Source: Candidatus Parcubacteria bacterium | GTDB lineage: Bacteria > Patescibacteriota > Minisyncoccia > UBA6257 > 2-01-FULL-56-20 | Direction of reading: 5' to 3' | DNA length: 64,000 bases | NCBI GenBank assembly: GCA_027355945.1 | Contig: DAIEHA010000004.1 | Span: forward strand, 4,449 to 68,448 | Shown here: piece after piece, positions 43,375 through 52,888 of the stretch | How positions within the stretch are numbered: the stretch's first letter is position 1 | Layout: every line of letters starts with the position of its first letter | Notes under the pieces: model-generated | Told to the model about the DNA's origin: nothing | Database searches by the model: none | What the model saw: only the letters and a program-made list of their open reading frames with translations | Program-made: the position numbers and the translations under genes

Positions 43375-45630
43375 TTGATGGTACACTATACGGGTACGAT
43401 GACCCCTATGGACGCATCCAAAAAACCGATGCAGGCGTCGCATCTCGATGAGGAAATCCGCACCGAGGAACTCGCGAGGGCCGTGATGGGACCGGGAGGC
43501 GGCTCCCGCGATCCGCGTGAATCGCTCATGGCGCCGAGGAGGAAGAAGCATTCCCGGCCGAGGGGCATCTTCTGGGCGCTTGCCGGACTTGCGGTCTTTT
43601 TCGTTGCGGCATTCGCGGGTTCGTATTATGTCGCGCATCAGGAGCTTTCCGCCACCGTCGCTGCAAGGGAGAGTTCGCTCAAAGCGGGCGTGGAATATCT
43701 GAAGGGCCTCGATCTCGCTTCGGCGACGCAGGAATTCTCTTCCGGGAACGCTTCCATGCCGGGATGGATCGATTCATTCGCATCGATCATGTCCGGCGGT
43801 CGCGGCGCGCTTGGCGCGTGGGATGACCTTTCGCGGCAGATGCTCACCCTCACCCAGAATCTCGGGGGCGCCGAAAAGGACCTGTGGGGGATCTTTGCAG
43901 ACGCCTCGATCACGAATGGGACTTCTTCTTCCACTGCCACCACCTCCACCTCCACCACCACCACTGCTTTCGCTTCCGGGACGGCAGCGGTTCCGGGAAG
44001 TTCCCCTTCGCTGCTCGTGGGCGACCTTACGGGCATCCGCAAGGCACTCGATGCGATCAATGCCGATATGAACACGCTCTCCGGAGAGGGTGCTGCGCTC
44101 GGTGCATTGGGCATAGGCGCGCCTTCGGCCGCGAATTCTTCCAACTATCTCGCCTTCAAGACGGAGCTCGGTTCCGCGGAGCAGTTTTTGAATGCATTCA
44201 CGCCCTGGTTCGGTGATACTGCGGCCACGCATCACGTGCTCGTTCTGCTTGAAAATCCCTCCGAAATGAGGCCAGGGGGAGGATTTTTGGGAAGCTACGC
44301 CGACGTATCCGTGCGCGGCGGTGCCATCATCGGCATTTCGGTCCACGACATCGCCGACGTCGATGCGGCATTCGCAGGGAAGATCATCCCTCCGACCCCG
44401 CTCCAGCTGGAGGAAAAGGGATGGCGTCCCGCGGACGGGAACTGGTTCTTCGATTTCCCCACTTCCGCATCGGCCACGATATCCCTTTTCGAGTCGTCAT
44501 CGCTCTATGCGGATGCATCCACCACGTTCGATGCGGCGATCGCGCTCACGCCGCGCACGATCGGGGACATCCTTTCCCTCACGGGTCCCGTGTCCATCCC
44601 GGACACCGCACTGGGGATCGTTCCTCCGAAGGGCGCCCCCACCTCGACCATCTTTTCCTCCGACGGCCTTACCGAGGAGATCCAGGCTGTCGTCCAGGCG
44701 GGGCAGGCGAAGCGCGCAGGAAGTGTAGCGCCGAAAAGCGCGATCGGTCTCATCTGGAAGGAGGTGCTCTCGCGACTCGCATCCTCCACGACGGATGTGC
44801 AGCAGCAGCTCCTCAGCCTCGTGCCCGCATGGACCGCGAACAAGGACGCAATGGTCTATTTCAAGGATGGCGATATGGAAAACTTCATGCGGATCCTTGG
44901 CGCGGCGGGCGATGAGTTTCGGTTCCCCCAGAATTTCAACGGCGATTATCTTGCGGTTGCGAACACCGACGTGAACAGCGATAAGTCGGAACTGTATGTC
45001 TCCTCGACCATTGCGTGGACGGTGAGCATCGGCGCCCATGGCACCGCCACCGATCACGTTGCGATCGTACGGACCCATCGCGGCAACCAGGCGCCTCGCG
45101 CAGACTGGTGGTATCGGACGACGAATCAGGATTATCTTCAGATCATGGTCCCCGCGGGCAGCACGCTCGACAATGAGAAAGGAGGGTTCATAAAGAGGGT
45201 TCCGGCCCCCCTTGATTACGCGAAGGAGGGATATTCCCCCTATCCGCTCCTTGCCGCGATCCAATCGAGCACCATGCCGCTCTTTTCCATTCCCGGCGTG
45301 ACGGTCCGTTACGGGACTACGCGCGGAGGCGACGCATCGCAGACGCCCGATCCAGGGAGGACGGTGTTCTCGGTATGGGACCGCACCTATCTCGCAAGCA
45401 CCACGGAGATCACGTTCGACTATTCCCATCCGCTCTATGCCGCTCCGGAGGACGGCACGCAATATGAGTTCGTCCTCGAGCGCCCTTCGGGCGCGGCAGG
45501 GGAATATAAAGTGGAGATCGACGCCCCTCTGGGATATGTGTTCGCCGAGAACGAGCTTGCGAGCTTCCTTTACGACTCCACAAGCACGCCTGGACGCCTG
45601 GTCTTCGATCTCACCCTTCAGAAGATCTGA
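43375..45630 (+). CDS. DUF4012-like membrane-anchored extracellular protein
   Basis: TM GIFWALAGLAVFFVAAFAG; HHVLVLLENPSEMRPGGGFLGSYADV matches the DUF4012 signature as I recall it. Track start is TTG; an ATG is one codon later. By my line-indexed coordinates this frame's first codon falls at 43374, one nt off the track, so I kept the track coordinates and treat the start as approximate. Confidence 0.7.
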   Translation: MMVHYTGTMTPMDASKKPMQASHLDEEIRTEELARAVMGPGGGSRDPRESLMAPRRKKHSRPRGIFWALAGLAVFFVAAFAGSYYVAHQELSATVAARESSLKAGVEYLKGLDLASATQEFSSGNASMPGWIDSFASIMSGGRGALGAWDDLSRQMLTLTQNLGGAEKDLWGIFADASITNGTSSSTATTSTSTTTTAFASGTAAVPGSSPSLLVGDLTGIRKALDAINADMNTLSGEGAALGALGIGAPSAANSSNYLAFKTELGSAEQFLNAFTPWFGDTAATHHVLVLLENPSEMRPGGGFLGSYADVSVRGGAIIGISVHDIADVDAAFAGKIIPPTPLQLEEKGWRPADGNWFFDFPTSASATISLFESSSLYADASTTFDAAIALTPRTIGDILSLTGPVSIPDTALGIVPPKGAPTSTIFSSDGLTEEIQAVVQAGQAKRAGSVAPKSAIGLIWKEVLSRLASSTTDVQQQLLSLVPAWTANKDAMVYFKDGDMENFMRILGAAGDEFRFPQNFNGDYLAVANTDVNSDKSELYVSSTIAWTVSIGAHGTATDHVAIVRTHRGNQAPRADWWYRTTNQDYLQIMVPAGSTLDNEKGGFIKRVPAPLDYAKEGYSPYPLLAAIQSSTMPLFSIPGVTVRYGTTRGGDASQTPDPGRTVFSVWDRTYLASTTEITFDYSHPLYAAPEDGTQYEFVLERPSGAAGEYKVEIDAPLGYVFAENELASFLYDSTSTPGRLVFDLTLQKI

Positions 45631-45690
45631 AGAGCCTTCGGGGCGCCCTATTCCCGGGCGTAACACGCGGCGTATTCATTCGTATCTACC

Positions 45691-46245
45691 ATGGAACGGA
45701 ACAATGTGACATCCGATCATCTGACCAAGCTCGCGCTGCGCATGAAGCGAGGTGACCGCCGTGCGGCGGAGGCTCTTTATGACGATCTTCTGCCAAAGGT
45801 ATACGGGTTCCTGTTCGTGCGTACGGGCAAGCGCGAGATCGCGGAAGATCTCGCCCAGGACGTCTTCGTGAAGCTTGTGGAGAAGATCGGTATGTTCAGT
45901 GAGGATCGCGGAAGGTTCACGGTATGGTTCTGGCAGATCACCCGCAACGTCCTCATCGATCATTACCGGGAAAAGAAGGAGACCCCGTTCTCCGTGTTCG
46001 ATGACGAGGCGGTGGAAGGTATGGCCGTCGTGGAAATGCCGGATATCGAGAAAAGGATGCGCTACGGGACCCTCAAGGAATTTGTCGCAGGTCTTCAGGA
46101 TGATGAACGGGAGCTCTTCGAATTGCGGTATGCCGCAGAGATGCCGTACCACGACATCGCCGCGCTACTCGGCAGATCGGAGGGGTCGCTCCGTGTTGCG
46201 GCCATGAGGCTGAAGGAAAAGATAAAAAAAGAACTTGGATCATGA
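45691..46245 (+). CDS. RNA polymerase sigma factor, ECF (sigma-70 group IV)
   Basis: Region 2 LAQDVFVKLVEKIGMF…; region 4 HTH YHDIAALLGRSEGSLRV. Confidence 0.85.
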   Translation: MERNNVTSDHLTKLALRMKRGDRRAAEALYDDLLPKVYGFLFVRTGKREIAEDLAQDVFVKLVEKIGMFSEDRGRFTVWFWQITRNVLIDHYREKKETPFSVFDDEAVEGMAVVEMPDIEKRMRYGTLKEFVAGLQDDERELFELRYAAEMPYHDIAALLGRSEGSLRVAAMRLKEKIKKELGS

Positions 46246-47237
46246 ATCGGTTCACCCATCACGATAGGCTTCCCCGGAGGATCAAATCCGCACTCGCGCC
46301 CGAGCGCCGTTTTGCCGCAGATGCGAAGCACCGATATCTTGCCCTTTACGATGCTGCGCATGGTCTTCCCGCGCCGCATGGGTCGGGATGGCGCGCCGCA
46401 TGGAGGTCCGCCGCCGCCATGGCGGCGATCCTCGGCATTGTGGCGGGTACATCGGCGTTTGCCGATGTCCGGAACGTGCCCCCCACGAACATGTTGTATC
46501 CTCTGAAGCGCCTCGCGGAGAATGTCCAGCTCGCCGTGACGCCTGCTGCGGCAAAGCCCACCCTCGAGCTTTCCTTCGCGGCCAGGCGGGCGGAGGAGAT
46601 CAATGCGATCGCATCGAATCCCGATGCGGCAGCCTATGCGCCGCTCGTGAGGAATCTCACCAAGAATCTCGATGCCGAAGTGAGCAGTTCGCTTGCCGAC
46701 GAGGCCCGCACCCCCTTGAAGGGGGAGGCGCTGCTTAAATTCTGCAATTCCGTGGCTCCCGCATCCGAAGGGGCGTACGCGACGACCACTCCTGCTTCGA
46801 CCTCCTCCGTTTCCCTTCCTGTCCCGGGAGAAGGGGGTGGCCGCGACGGGAAGATGAGCGTCGGGGAGCGCGTGGCCGCGGAACACGGTCTTTTTGCGCG
46901 GGCTGCGAGCGATTGTCCTTCGGTGATATCGGGCGGCGCGCCGACGTCGACCGGCGGCGATCCCGGACAGAATGGCACCGAGACCGGGCCTGCGTCCGGA
47001 CCGTTCGCCCCCTCATCCGCTTTTCGGGGTTTCGGTGGCGGCCAAGGAGAGGGATCATCCTTCCATGGACATGCATCCGGGGACTCGTTCCAGGCATCGT
47101 CTTCGGGGAACGCATCCTCATCCACACCCCAGATCTTCGTGGGCGATGCCCCTTCCGGAATCTCGGGGAATCCTTACGGGGAGAAGGACGGAGGGGATGG
47201 GGGAAGATCTCAATTTCCGGGATCGTTCGGACGATGA
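46242..47237 (+). CDS. Putative anti-sigma factor-like membrane protein (hypothetical)
   Basis: ATGA overlap with the ECF sigma stop; one TM AAAMAAILGIVAGTSAF; G/S-rich C-terminus. Confidence 0.5.
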   Translation: MNRFTHHDRLPRRIKSALAPERRFAADAKHRYLALYDAAHGLPAPHGSGWRAAWRSAAAMAAILGIVAGTSAFADVRNVPPTNMLYPLKRLAENVQLAVTPAAAKPTLELSFAARRAEEINAIASNPDAAAYAPLVRNLTKNLDAEVSSSLADEARTPLKGEALLKFCNSVAPASEGAYATTTPASTSSVSLPVPGEGGGRDGKMSVGERVAAEHGLFARAASDCPSVISGGAPTSTGGDPGQNGTETGPASGPFAPSSAFRGFGGGQGEGSSFHGHASGDSFQASSSGNASSSTPQIFVGDAPSGISGNPYGEKDGGDGGRSQFPGSFGR

Positions 47238-47285
47238 CGATGTCCGCGAGATGAGGATTTCCCTGCACCTCCTCTGCGTGGTATC

Positions 47286-47618
47286 ATGTCCCGTATGACG
47301 ATAGATGAATTCAAAAATGCCGATCTCCGGGTGGGGGAGATCACCGCTGCGGAGCCGGTGGAAGGGTCGGAAAAGCTTCTTAAATTGAAGGTCGATCTCG
47401 GAGAGGAAGCGCCCCGCCAGATCCTTTCGGGCATCGCAAAGCATTATGCCCCCCAGGACCTCGTGGGAAAAAAGGTCGTGATCATCGCGAATCTTGAACC
47501 GCGTATGCTCATGGGACACGAAAGCAGGGGGATGCTCCTTGCCGCGCATGCCGCGGACGAGGCTCCTATACTCCTTCTTCCGAGCGGCGACGTTCCTCCC
47601 GGTGCGAAGATCTCCTGA
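47286..47618 (+). CDS. tRNA-binding protein (CsaA / Trbp111 / MetRS C-terminal OB-fold type)
   Basis: FKNADLRVGEI…EGSEKLLKLKVDLGEE…ILSGIAKHY…LVGKKVVIIANLEPRMLMG. Confidence 0.8.
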   Translation: MSRMTIDEFKNADLRVGEITAAEPVEGSEKLLKLKVDLGEEAPRQILSGIAKHYAPQDLVGKKVVIIANLEPRMLMGHESRGMLLAAHAADEAPILLLPSGDVPPGAKIS

Positions 47619-47659
47619 ATGGAGCGTCTGCGTATCAACAAACCCATATCATTGAACTT

Positions 47660-48202
47660 ATGAAACAAGGATTTCTCATCGCAACATTCGTCGTGCTCGG
47701 GGCCGTCATCATCGGCGCCACATCATGGTATGTGAACACGAACATCAATAATCCTTCGAATATCGCATTCACCGCGAACCAGCAGGCCGCCGCTCTGCAA
47801 TCGGCGCCTCAGACGGCATCAGCAGCAGCAACATCAACTAACTCACCTACATCATCCATGGAAGGACTTCAGATAAAGGACATCACGGTCGGCACCGGGA
47901 CGGTCGCCCAGAACGGCGATACGGTCACCGTGAACTATATCGGCACACTCGACAACGGCACGACATTCGATAGTTCCTATTCGCGCAAGCAGCCTTTCAG
48001 CTTCACGCTTGGTGTGGGGCAGGTGATCAAAGGATGGGATCTCGGCGTGCTCGGCATGCGTGTCGGCGGTACTCGTGAGCTTACCATCCCTCCCGCGCTC
48101 GGCTATGGCGCACAAGGGGCGGGCGGCGTCATCCCTCCGAATGCGACACTCCACTTCACGGTCGCATTGCTCTCCGTGGGCAATCCGGCGGCAGGGCAGT
48201 AG
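47660..48202 (+). CDS. FKBP-type peptidyl-prolyl cis-trans isomerase
   Basis: Signal/TM, then GDTVTVNYIGTLDNGTTFDSS…FTLGVGQVIKGWDLGVLGMRVGGTRELTIPPALGYG. Confidence 0.85.
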   Translation: MKQGFLIATFVVLGAVIIGATSWYVNTNINNPSNIAFTANQQAAALQSAPQTASAAATSTNSPTSSMEGLQIKDITVGTGTVAQNGDTVTVNYIGTLDNGTTFDSSYSRKQPFSFTLGVGQVIKGWDLGVLGMRVGGTRELTIPPALGYGAQGAGGVIPPNATLHFTVALLSVGNPAAGQ

Positions 48203-48227
48203 TCGGAACATCGATCCGGAGGGAAGG

Positions 48228-48258
48228 GGCGCGCGACGTGAGGTCGCGCGCCTTTTTC
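48228..48258 (+). terminator. Rho-independent terminator
   Basis: 10-bp GC stem ggcgcgcgac/gtcgcgcgcc, 5-nt loop, T5. Confidence 0.6.
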
Positions 48259-48330
48259 GTATCCTCTTCAGGGGAATTTCATCCCTCTGCGCTACGATGC
48301 GGAAATGGCGTCTTGTCTTCCGATGCCGGC

Positions 48331-49005
48331 ATGCGTCTTTTGATCGCAGAACGCGAGCCGCGGATGGCCGCGTATCTCATGAAGGAACTGAGACGCGAGG
48401 GATTCTCCCCCGATGCGGCATCTTCGGATCCCGAGATCCTTGCGCGCATCAAGGGGTTCCCCTACGATGCGGCGGTGTTCGACGCCGATTCCTGCCCCGG
48501 CGTGCTTTGTTCCGTACGGATGCGGGGCGCATCCTTTCCCATCCTCGTAGTTTCATACGATGCCGCTCCCTCCTCGAGGGCCGCCTTCCTCGATATGGGC
48601 GCGGATGATTGCCTTTCGAAGCCGTTCGCGATGGTGGAGCTTGTGGCGCGATTGCGGGCCCTGCTTCGGCGTACGCCACGGCTCGAGGGTCCCGTGCTGC
48701 GGGTGGGCGATCTTGCGCTCGATACGGTCGCGCAATCCGTGGCACGCGGCGGCACGGCCCTTTCCCTCGGACGGCAGGAGTTCGTGCTCCTCGAGTACCT
48801 CATGCGCCACGCCGGCGTGCCTCTCACCCGCACCATGATCCTTGAACATGCCTGGGATATGAATGCCGATATCCTCTCGAACACCGTGGATGCGCACATC
48901 TGCTTTCTGAGGGCGAAGGTGGATAGGGGAGCATCCCCGGACCGGCATCTCATCCGGACGGTGCGAGGATATGGATACAAGATCGATGCAGGTTCGGGCG
49001 CATGA
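48331..49005 (+). CDS. OmpR-family response regulator (receiver + winged-helix DNA-binding domain)
   Basis: ORF track 48238 trimmed to ATG 48331 (MRLLIAEREP…). Receiver Asp …AAVFDADS…, LSKPF; C-terminal wHTH LSLGRQEFVLLEYLMRHAGVPLTRTMILEHAWD. Confidence 0.8.
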   Translation: MRLLIAEREPRMAAYLMKELRREGFSPDAASSDPEILARIKGFPYDAAVFDADSCPGVLCSVRMRGASFPILVVSYDAAPSSRAAFLDMGADDCLSKPFAMVELVARLRALLRRTPRLEGPVLRVGDLALDTVAQSVARGGTALSLGRQEFVLLEYLMRHAGVPLTRTMILEHAWDMNADILSNTVDAHICFLRAKVDRGASPDRHLIRTVRGYGYKIDAGSGA

Positions 49006-49101
49006 TATTCCGGCCGTCCGGCGTAGTATCATAAGGAACGGGACTGACGTACGCCGGAAGCGTCATGCCCCTCCGATTTCTTTTGTAGTACACTATATCC
49101 C

Positions 49102-51585
49102 ATGAACACCACCACGAACGGGCGCTCGCGCGTGCCTACGCATTTCATAATCCTCGGCGCGACGGGGGATCTTATGGCAAAGAAGATCGTTCCTTCGCTT
49201 TTCAGTCTTCAGGAGAAAGGTTCCCTTCCCGACGATTTCCGGATCATCGGCATATCCCGTCGCGATTGGAACGATGACGACCTTAAGCGGCACGTGGAGG
49301 CCATTCTCAGCGTGAAAGTACCGCAGGCGCCCGCGGATTCGGTGAAGCGCTTCCTTGAGAGGACGACCTATCATAAGATCACGTTCGATGCCGTCGAGGA
49401 TTACCGCGCGCTCGCGGAGCGCCTGCGTGCGGAGGATTCCCGGCTCGGAATGTGCTCGAACAAGCTTTTCTATCTTTCCGTCCCGCCGCAGTTCTATGAC
49501 ACCATATTCTCGAATTTCAAGAAGACGGGTCTCAATATGGAGTGCATTCCGGAGAACGCCGCGGCAAGCGATGCGATGGATGGATGGACCCGTATCGTCG
49601 TCGAAAAGCCGTTCGGGAGCGATGAGCGCACCGCGAAGATGCTCGATGCGAGGCTTGCGGAGATATTCCGTGAGGACCAGATCTACCGCATCGATCATTA
49701 CCTCGCCAAGGAGACGTTCCAGAATATCCTCGCGTTCCGCTTTTATAACAATCTCTTCGAGAAGAACTGGGGGAAGGATCTCATCGAGAAGATCTATGTC
49801 CGCGAGCTCGAGAATATCGGCGTGGAGGACCGTGGCGCGTTCTATGACGACGTAGGCGCGCTTCGCGACGTCGGACAGAACCATCTGCTTCAAATGCTCG
49901 CCCTTACCACCATGGACGCTCCGCGCGACTGGACCGCGGAATCGGTGCGCGCCAAACGGGCCGAACTCATCGGCATGCTTGTAAAACCCACGCTCGCGGA
50001 GATAAAGACCTCGACGTTCCGTGCACAGTACGAAGGCTACCATTCCATCAAAGGGGTTCGCGCCGAATCGCAGACGGAAACGTATTTCCGCGTGCGAGGA
50101 TATCTTTCGCATCCCTCATGGGAAGGGGTGCCGATCATCATGGAAGCAGGAAAGCGCCTCATGGCGCCGGAGGAGAAGGCCGCGCACAAAGAGATCACGG
50201 AGATCGAGGTGGTGTTCCGCCATCCTTCGCCGTGCCTCTGTCCGTCCGATGGTCCGCACTACCAGGACAGGGTCGTATTCCATCAGGATCCCTTTGAGGG
50301 CATCACCATCCATTTTTGGGCCAAAAAGCCCGGATTCGGCATGGAGGCTGAGGAACGGAAGTTCGAGTTCGCACATCAACATGAGACCCGTACGGGGCAG
50401 TACACCGAAGAGTACGCGAAACTCCTCCTCGATTGCATCAAGGGCGATCAGACGCTTTTTGTATCGAGCGGCGAGATCGTCAATATGTGGCGCTTCATCG
50501 ATCCCATCGTGAATGCGTGGCGCGGCGGCGCAGTGCCCCTCCATCGTTATGCGCCGGATAGCCGCGCGATCGCCGCCGAGGCCGCGGTAATCGATGAGAC
50601 CCCGAACAGCGCGCACAAAGGAGGAGCATCGGGTTTACGGCCCCTGATGCCGAAGACGATCGGCGTGTTCGGTCTCGGGAAGATGGGGGCCAATGTGGCG
50701 CGCCAGCTTCACGAGAAAGGCTGGACCGTCATCGCATCCAATCGTTCCCAGGGCCCCGTTGCAGAGCTTGCGGCAGAAGGTATCGAGACCGCGCCGTCGC
50801 TCGGCGAGATGATCGAACGTCTGCCTCGCACATCCCCGCGCGTCGTATGGCTCATGATCACGGCAGGGAAGGCGAACGACGAGCTCATTTTCGGGAAGAA
50901 CGGACGCGGCGGTCCCGACAGCATCGTCCATCATCTGAGGAAGGGCGACATCCTGATCGATGCCGCGAACGCATTCTATGAGGACACTGCGCGCCGGGCG
51001 AAATTGCTCAAGAAGCGCGGCATCCGGTTCGCGGACGTAGGATTCTCGGGCGGTCCCGGGGGTGCGCGCCGGGGTGGTTCGCTCATGATAGGCGGCGATA
51101 AGAAGGTCTATGAATATCTTGAGCCGCTCTTCCGCGATCTTTCCGTGGCGGACGGGTATGCCCATTTCGGGGATGCCGGCGCCGGCCATTTCGTGAAGAT
51201 GGTGCATAACGGGATCGAGTACGGCATGATGCAGGCCATCGCAGAAGGATTCGCCATCATGAAGAAATCGAAGTTCAAGCTCGATCTCGAGAAGGTGACG
51301 CGCATATACAATCACGGTTCCGTCATCGAATCGCATCTTGTGAAATGGCTTGAGGAGGCGTATCAGATTTACGGACAGGACCTTGCGAAGATCTCCGGTT
51401 CCGTGAACTATACCGGTGAAGGGGAGTGGACGGTGAAAACGGGCAGGAAACTGAAGGTTCCCACCCCGGTTATCGAGGATTCATTCCGTTTTCGCGTCCG
51501 TTCGAAACGCTCCCCGAGCTATGTCGGGAAGGTCCTTTCCGCGCTGCGCAACCGTTTCGGCGGTCATTCCATCGAGGGGAAGTGA
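49102..51585 (+). CDS. zwf: Fusion protein: glucose-6-phosphate 1-dehydrogenase (N-terminal) + short-form 6-phosphogluconate dehydrogenase (C-terminal)
   Basis: Single 827-aa frame. G6PD: GATGDLM NADP site, RIDHYLAKE active-site signature, ends ~aa 505. 6PGDH-like from ~aa 515: IGVFGLGKMGANVA Rossmann fold, GHFVKMVHNGIEYGMMQAIAEGF signature. Confidence 0.85.
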   Translation: MNTTTNGRSRVPTHFIILGATGDLMAKKIVPSLFSLQEKGSLPDDFRIIGISRRDWNDDDLKRHVEAILSVKVPQAPADSVKRFLERTTYHKITFDAVEDYRALAERLRAEDSRLGMCSNKLFYLSVPPQFYDTIFSNFKKTGLNMECIPENAAASDAMDGWTRIVVEKPFGSDERTAKMLDARLAEIFREDQIYRIDHYLAKETFQNILAFRFYNNLFEKNWGKDLIEKIYVRELENIGVEDRGAFYDDVGALRDVGQNHLLQMLALTTMDAPRDWTAESVRAKRAELIGMLVKPTLAEIKTSTFRAQYEGYHSIKGVRAESQTETYFRVRGYLSHPSWEGVPIIMEAGKRLMAPEEKAAHKEITEIEVVFRHPSPCLCPSDGPHYQDRVVFHQDPFEGITIHFWAKKPGFGMEAEERKFEFAHQHETRTGQYTEEYAKLLLDCIKGDQTLFVSSGEIVNMWRFIDPIVNAWRGGAVPLHRYAPDSRAIAAEAAVIDETPNSAHKGGASGLRPLMPKTIGVFGLGKMGANVARQLHEKGWTVIASNRSQGPVAELAAEGIETAPSLGEMIERLPRTSPRVVWLMITAGKANDELIFGKNGRGGPDSIVHHLRKGDILIDAANAFYEDTARRAKLLKKRGIRFADVGFSGGPGGARRGGSLMIGGDKKVYEYLEPLFRDLSVADGYAHFGDAGAGHFVKMVHNGIEYGMMQAIAEGFAIMKKSKFKLDLEKVTRIYNHGSVIESHLVKWLEEAYQIYGQDLAKISGSVNYTGEGEWTVKTGRKLKVPTPVIEDSFRFRVRSKRSPSYVGKVLSALRNRFGGHSIEGK

Positions 51586-51627
51586 TCGGTATCCGAGAGC
51601 GCTCCTGCGCCGTGGTATACTTGAGGT

Positions 51628-52860
51628 ATGCATGACATCAAGTCCCTCAAGCCTGTCATCGAGGAGCAGCTCTCCAAAGACCCCGCGGACGTCTCCATCA
51701 TCAAGCTCGTCGACCTTCTCGTCGAGTATGCCTATGCTGCAGGAGCCTCCGACATCCACATAGAACCCACGAAGGACGAACTGCGCATACGCTATCGCAT
51801 CGATGGGCTTCTTTATGATGTGTTCAAGGACCCGAAGGCGAAGATGGAAATCCATCCCGAGGTGATCAGCCGCATCAAGGTTCTTTCCGGCCTCCGGACC
51901 GATGAGCACCTTCTTCCGCAGGACGGTCGCTTCCGGGTGAGGATCGAGGATACCGCCGACGTGGACGTCCGCGTTTCGATCATTCCCACGTATTACGGCG
52001 AGAATGTGATCATGCGCGTGCTTGCGAGGATGCAATCGTTCGATCTCGCTACGTTCGGATTCCCGCCCGAGGACCTTCAGAAGATCAAGAAGGCGATCGC
52101 GAAGCCCTACGGCATGATCCTTGCGAACGGGCCGACGGGGTCGGGCAAGACGACGCTGCTCTATGCCATCATGAAGCAGATCAACCGCCCGGATACGTCG
52201 ATCATCACGATCGAAGACCCCATCGAATATTCCCTCGATGGCACCACGCAGATCCAGACGAATAGCGACGTGGGACTCACATTCGCGAATGGCCTGCGGT
52301 CGATCCTCCGCCAGGACCCCAACATCATCATGGTGGGCGAGATCCGCGATGAGGAGACCGCCTCCATCTCCGTGAACGCCGCGCTCACGGGGCATCTCCT
52401 CCTCTCCACGCTTCATACGAACGATGCCGCCACGACGTTCCCGCGCCTTCTTGATATGGGCGTGCCATCCTTCCTCGTCGCCTCGACGGTGAACGTCGCA
52501 GTGAGCCAGCGTCTTGTGAGAAGGCTCTGTGAGAACTGCAAGAAGCAGCACGTCCTTTCGGAGGAGGAGGTGAAGAGCCTCGCCGAACTTTTCCCGAATC
52601 TCTCCCCGGGGACCGCGTTCTACGGTCCCGGAGGATGTCCGCAGTGCAACAACACCGGATATCAGAGCCGTATCGCCATCCACGAAGTGCTCGAGGTGGA
52701 TGACACGATACGCAAACTCGTGATGAGTCGCGCAAGCGCCCAGGATATCCGCCAAGCGGCGATCGCCTCGGGAATGCGGACCATCGCGGAGGACGGCCTT
52801 ACCGCCGCCGAAAAAGGGCTCACTTCGATCGAGGAGATCCTGCGCGTCGTGCAGGAGTGA
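51628..52860 (+). CDS. pilB: Type IV pilus assembly ATPase PilB / GspE family (short form, no N-terminal domains)
   Basis: Walker A GPTGSGKTT, Asp box, His box, tetracysteine CENC…CPQC; 410 aa. Confidence 0.85.
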   Translation: MHDIKSLKPVIEEQLSKDPADVSIIKLVDLLVEYAYAAGASDIHIEPTKDELRIRYRIDGLLYDVFKDPKAKMEIHPEVISRIKVLSGLRTDEHLLPQDGRFRVRIEDTADVDVRVSIIPTYYGENVIMRVLARMQSFDLATFGFPPEDLQKIKKAIAKPYGMILANGPTGSGKTTLLYAIMKQINRPDTSIITIEDPIEYSLDGTTQIQTNSDVGLTFANGLRSILRQDPNIIMVGEIRDEETASISVNAALTGHLLLSTLHTNDAATTFPRLLDMGVPSFLVASTVNVAVSQRLVRRLCENCKKQHVLSEEEVKSLAELFPNLSPGTAFYGPGGCPQCNNTGYQSRIAIHEVLEVDDTIRKLVMSRASAQDIRQAAIASGMRTIAEDGLTAAEKGLTSIEEILRVVQE

Positions 52861-52888
52861 CGGTTCCCGCATCCACACCCGAATTGCT

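Noticed and set aside
49006-49101. Hairpin ccggcgta…tacgccgg upstream of zwf as a possible terminator
   Set aside because: 8-bp stem with a 24-nt loop and no T-run; more likely part of the promoter/5' region (TTGTAG…TATATC) than an intrinsic terminator
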